A DNA stretch of 55,241 nucleotides, the filler included, from Bipalium vagum (taxonomy: Eukaryota), in NCBI GenBank assembly GCA_037834085.1. It is 3 parts of 3 records of this genome, joined end to end, with 100 filler letters (N's around TTAATTAATTAA, not from the genome) between each part and the next. Parts side by side here need not be neighbours in the genome. Positions count along the whole stretch, not along the records: positions 39,219 to 55,241 come from JBBMKC010131836.1; 2 more parts are not named here. The stretch is one strand, 5' to 3'. Below the pieces are notes generated by a model. The model saw only the letters and a list, made by a program, of their open reading frames with translations. It was not told the DNA's origin and did no database searches. Shown here one piece after another: positions 50,872-55,241 of the stretch. How positions within the stretch are numbered: position 1 is the stretch's first letter; every line of letters begins with the position of its first letter. The position numbers and the translations under genes were made by a program.

Positions 50872-52522
50872 NCAGCATAATTAATAATGATTATAATAAT
50901 AATAATTAATATGAACATTAAATTCAGAGAAGAATAAAATGGCCATGTAGGTAAAGGAAAGAGGGAGCACGGCGCTCGACGATCATCAGCCGATGGCTGT
51001 ACACGTGAGAGCGATGTCTGAATTAAGCAGAAATCCAACCTCTCAACGGTTAAAAGACTTTCAATATAAAATCGATAATCAGATTTGTGGATACCCGTCT
51101 TATAATCCCAGAACGCATGGTGAGGAGACCAGTATTAAATATTGATTACTTAGATTTGTTTTAATTTAATTTTTAATTACGACCTCCCAGAACACAATGT
51201 CGATCCATGGCTGAATAGAGTGAATTAATGGAAGATCATGTTTTCAGAAGAGATAAGATTGACTGATCTGCTCTTTCATTACTGGGAAAGCATTTCTTAA
51301 AGCTCCCTCTTATTTGATAAAAGTATTCATTAAAAATACGCTTTATTGAGCAAAATTGTCGATTTTTTATTTACAGGGCAAAATGAGCGAACGAAATTGA
51401 AGAACAAAATTATCCCCGAATATCTGAAATTAATTATTGGGAGTGCTGGTTTTGTTTTAACTGTCCGAATAAGATGATTTTTCTCAATCAAGGATTTTTC
51501 GGAGTTCTGAAGGTCTGAATACTGATATTTAAAACTATAAAAATAAATAAAAAAATAAAGAAAAGATAGTCAAAATATCAATTTTCTTCGTTTATTATCA
51601 AAATTTACAAAGTAAAATAATTATAGTATTTATTAATTAAATAACAAATATTAATAATATTTATTATTTATATATTATTTATTAATGAAAAATAATAATA
51701 ATGAATTATTAACGATCGACCAACTAATGATTTTTTTAAATTAATAATTATGATTAGTAATAAAAAATAATAATTAATAAATAATACTGTATTTTATACT
51801 AATTTCATTATATATAATTTTTATATTATATTATTATTATATTAATTATTAAATTATTATTAACTATATATATAATGTTATATAATGTTTCTAATATAAT
51901 ATTTTTAATTAATTATTATTATTTTAAATTAATTATATATTAATTAAATATCATATCTTTATATATATTTTATTAATTATCATTATTATTGTATAACTAT
52001 TTTATATTATTATTAATGTAGAAATCAATAATATTGAAAATTAATATATATGATACATTGCAAAATATTGATTAATATAAAAAAAATAATTATTTTATTT
52101 ATTTTTAAAAATCCATAAACCTAATTTTATTTTTTACACAAATAAATAATAAAATAATTACAAAACTGAAATCGCAACCAATTCCAATATTAATCCATAA
52201 ATAAAAATCCCCATCAATTATTTATTAAATTTTTAATTAATTTATTAAAAAACAGTAATTGATTTCCCATCCCAAGTTGGCTGGGAAAAAATTGAAACTT
52301 TTCAAAATAATAGTAATAATAATATTATTATCAATAATAATGATAATGATAATGATAATAAAAACGAAAATCGTTGCAAATTCCAATAAACGGTTCGTTG
52401 AAAACGGATTTGGAAAAAATAGATTCGAGATTAAGAGACAAAACAAAAAGAATGAAAGTAGAAAAAAAAAAAAAGAAAACGATCAATAAAAAAAAATGGA
52501 CAGACACAATTTCCGGATGATA

Positions 52523-52546
52523 GGGGGGGGGGGGGTGGGGGTTGGG
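52523..52546 (+). repeat. G-tract cluster, potential G-quadruplex
   Basis: G13-T-G5-TT-G3 in an otherwise very AT-rich region. Confidence 0.55.
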
Positions 52547-54939
52547 CTGAACGCTGCTCAACGAGCAAAAAATATCGACAAAATAATTAAAAAATTATTA
52601 GACGAAAAATTGAATAAAGTGTAAAATAAAATCAATGTTTTTAAATGGAAATAAATGACGAAAAGAGAAATTTCGATTAAGCAAAGTGTTAGGGTAAAAT
52701 ATTGTTCGCTGCTGTTGTTGTTATTATTATTCTGATCAATTCTAATCTTATTCTTATATACAAATTCAACCCCTACTTCTCTCGGTCTCTAATGACCTGT
52801 ACCGTGTTTTTATTATCTGCTGAAAATGCCCCGAGAAAAGTAAGCCACAAATTTAAATCTCCCTACTCAGCGCTCTCTCGTCACTCTGCTCCCGCCCAAA
52901 ACGCTGAATAGAAGCTGAATATGAGAGAGACTTTTAATTAATATTGAAAATTAATTTCATATATAAATTCTAATAGAGTTTTATAATCCTCTGCAAGATT
53001 TCTAAATTAAAATCCTAATTTGCTTTCACAATGCAAACTATTAGAAAATATGCAGGATGAGTGATAATGAACATTTGCCACTGTGCATTGTCAATAATAA
53101 TAATAAATAAATAAATAAATAAATCGTAATCATCATCATCATTATTTCTTTTCAATGGAAACAGAAAAACGAACTACTCCCGTTTTGTCAACCGTTGGTT
53201 TTTAACGCATCGTCGCAGTTCAGTAATTCATCCGCACGTTCTAGTCCGATGAATGTGGTCGACATTGCGTATACGATTATTTCGCTGATTATCATTTAAT
53301 ATATTTTCATATTTATATAATTATAAATATATTGATATTTCCCATGGCTGTATTGGGAGATGGACGCGATTTCCATTCGTTTTTCAGCTTTTAATAATGC
53401 ATTTCAATGTTCTTTTGTCAGCAGACTTGCGTTCGGCCATCGCTTTCGGTTCGTTAGGGAGCGAAGTTTCGCATCAGTTTCCATTGACAATGGACTTTGG
53501 TTTTGTAAGTTGGATTATGTAAGTGACCATGGACAACCCGTGCATTGAGGGTAGAACGAACAAGATTGCCGTTGAAGATTATTGTCAGTAAAAAAGAAAC
53601 AGATATTTGGAATGGGCTTTTTGTTGTTGACATTTTTCATCGGTCACAGCTCGAGAAAATGTTGAAATTAAATCAATTATTCAGGGTTCGATGTAAACGC
53701 TTATTTATATTATTTAAAGGGTTGTTACTTTTACGTGTCGTGGTTTTTTGAAACTTTTTGCTTAAACTTCTTAAGTTGTTGAATTGAAGTTTACGAGTTC
53801 TCAGGATCGACTTGAAAGGGGAACGTCGTTGGAATCATGGTAAAATTGTCAAAGTCTTGTGATACCATGTTGAATGTTTCTCAAAGGTTTTGAAGTACTC
53901 CCCTAATCAATTCGTTTCATTTTAATCTTTTATACTTAAAATTATTTTTTTTGGAACAAAATAAGGGTTAAAAGGTTATCTATTGATTTATTTTATATTA
54001 TACTTAATATTTTATTATATGTATTATGTTACATTATATATATTATATTATTATGTATTTTTTAAAAAATAAAATGTTATGTTGTAAAAAAAGTAATAAT
54101 TATTTATTTATAAAATGAAGGTACAAAAGATCAATCAATAATTTAAGACCCATTATTGTCCATCCCTGTTTTCCACCTTTCAGGTAATTCTCGAAATTCG
54201 GAAAGACAGAAAGCTGTTGGTTTTGAAGCAAGGAAATCAGCCAGAAATTCTCGTTTCTCGAAAACATTTTTGAATTGATATCCGGTAAAAAAAAAGAATT
54301 ATAATTAAAAGAAACAGATGATAAGTAATCCTCGTCGGAAGACCTTCCCACCCTTATTGTAAGATTGTTTCCTGTGTATGCTTAGCCTCATGATATAAAG
54401 GAAACTGTGTTGATTATTAGAAAAGAGAAAAGGAACAATAAATTAAAGACTACTATATATAGATAAGAGGCGGATACATGACTACATAATTCAAAAAATA
54501 GTTTTTGCGAAAAAAAAGTGGCTTAATAAAAGGATTAGTTCAAAGAGTACGGTCATTAACATCAGACTATAAAGGGTAGATATAGAACTGGGTATTATTA
54601 AAAGAAGATAAACAAAGAATGCATATCCAGATAGAAAGATAGATGAAACGATTATCATATCAATAACTGAAAAAGATATGAAATAAGTTATTCAAATTCA
54701 AAAGAAATTTAAAAAATAAGAGTAAAAGAAAGAACTATTAATATATTCAAGAAGGTAATAGAAAAAGCTGTATAACATGAAGATCTGAAATCGAAGAATT
54801 ACTACGAAATTAAGACGCCAACGCCTGGAATATTACGAGTTAATACCGTGTGTCAAATTAAATGTCAGGGGTTTGATAACATCCTCTCAAAAGAAATATT
54901 AGTGAGACTTCGCAATTAATCAGAATTTTAAACTTAAAA

Positions 54940-55241
54940 ATCTGGAGATTTTTTTAAATTTCCAAATCGGAACGATCAGCTTTCAAAGTCACAAGAACAG
55001 CATGTCTCTTCCTTTTTTGATTGATTTCATCTCCCACCATTTTTATTTATTCTATTAATTTAGTAAAACAAAATGACGATTTGAAAGCACTGGTTGAGAG
55101 TGATCCACGTACCACTGTTCGAGAAATTAGCCGTGAGGTAGGCGTTTCAGCTATGGCTGTTTCCAACCATCTTCGCCAAATAGGAAAGTCAAAGAAATTG
55201 GACAAATGGATTCCGCACAATTTAACCAAAAAGCAAAAATT
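54940..55241 (+). mobile_element. mariner transposase N-terminal part, running off the window
   Basis: DDLKALVESDPRTTVREISREVGVSAMAVSNHLRQIGKSKKLDKWIPHNLT. Confidence 0.85.

Noticed and set aside
50660-51038. ORFs spanning the N gap
   Set aside because: Artefacts of translating Ns
2107-54351. Numerous 60-110 aa Phe/Ile/Leu/Lys-rich ORFs in the supplied track
   Set aside because: Composition is what random AT-rich DNA produces; many start at TTG/GTG and lack splice or domain support

Overview
Very AT-rich eukaryotic (metazoan) genomic DNA. It is most consistent with a planarian flatworm; this is an inference from the AT content, the 42-58 bp minimal introns alternating with multi-kb introns, and the TE types. 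The window is four contigs joined by two artificial 100-bp linkers (N44-TTAATTAATTAA-N44) and one 178-N gap. Four intact genes could be built by hand with consistent GT-AG splice phases. (1) A 12-exon OXR1/NCOA7-family LysM+TLDc gene (+, 3616-19802, 547 aa). (2) An intronless G-protein gamma subunit (-, 20123-20347), convergent with it. (3) A 3-exon nuclear receptor (+, 27300-29724, 339 aa) with no zinc-finger DNA-binding domain and several DAX-1/SHP (NR0B) hallmarks; this is the most interesting item. (4) A 2-exon SoxB1 gene (-, 44126-46159, 541 aa) with an unusually long N-terminus. Introns and intergenic DNA are full of decayed transposons: Gypsy gag/RT/LTR, pogo, Merlin/ISXO2, Tc3-like, many mariners, DD37E-like, and possible MULE and LINE pieces. 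There is also one degenerate hammerhead-ribozyme-like motif. No rRNA, tRNA or CRISPR array was seen. All homology calls come from motif recognition, not database searches.
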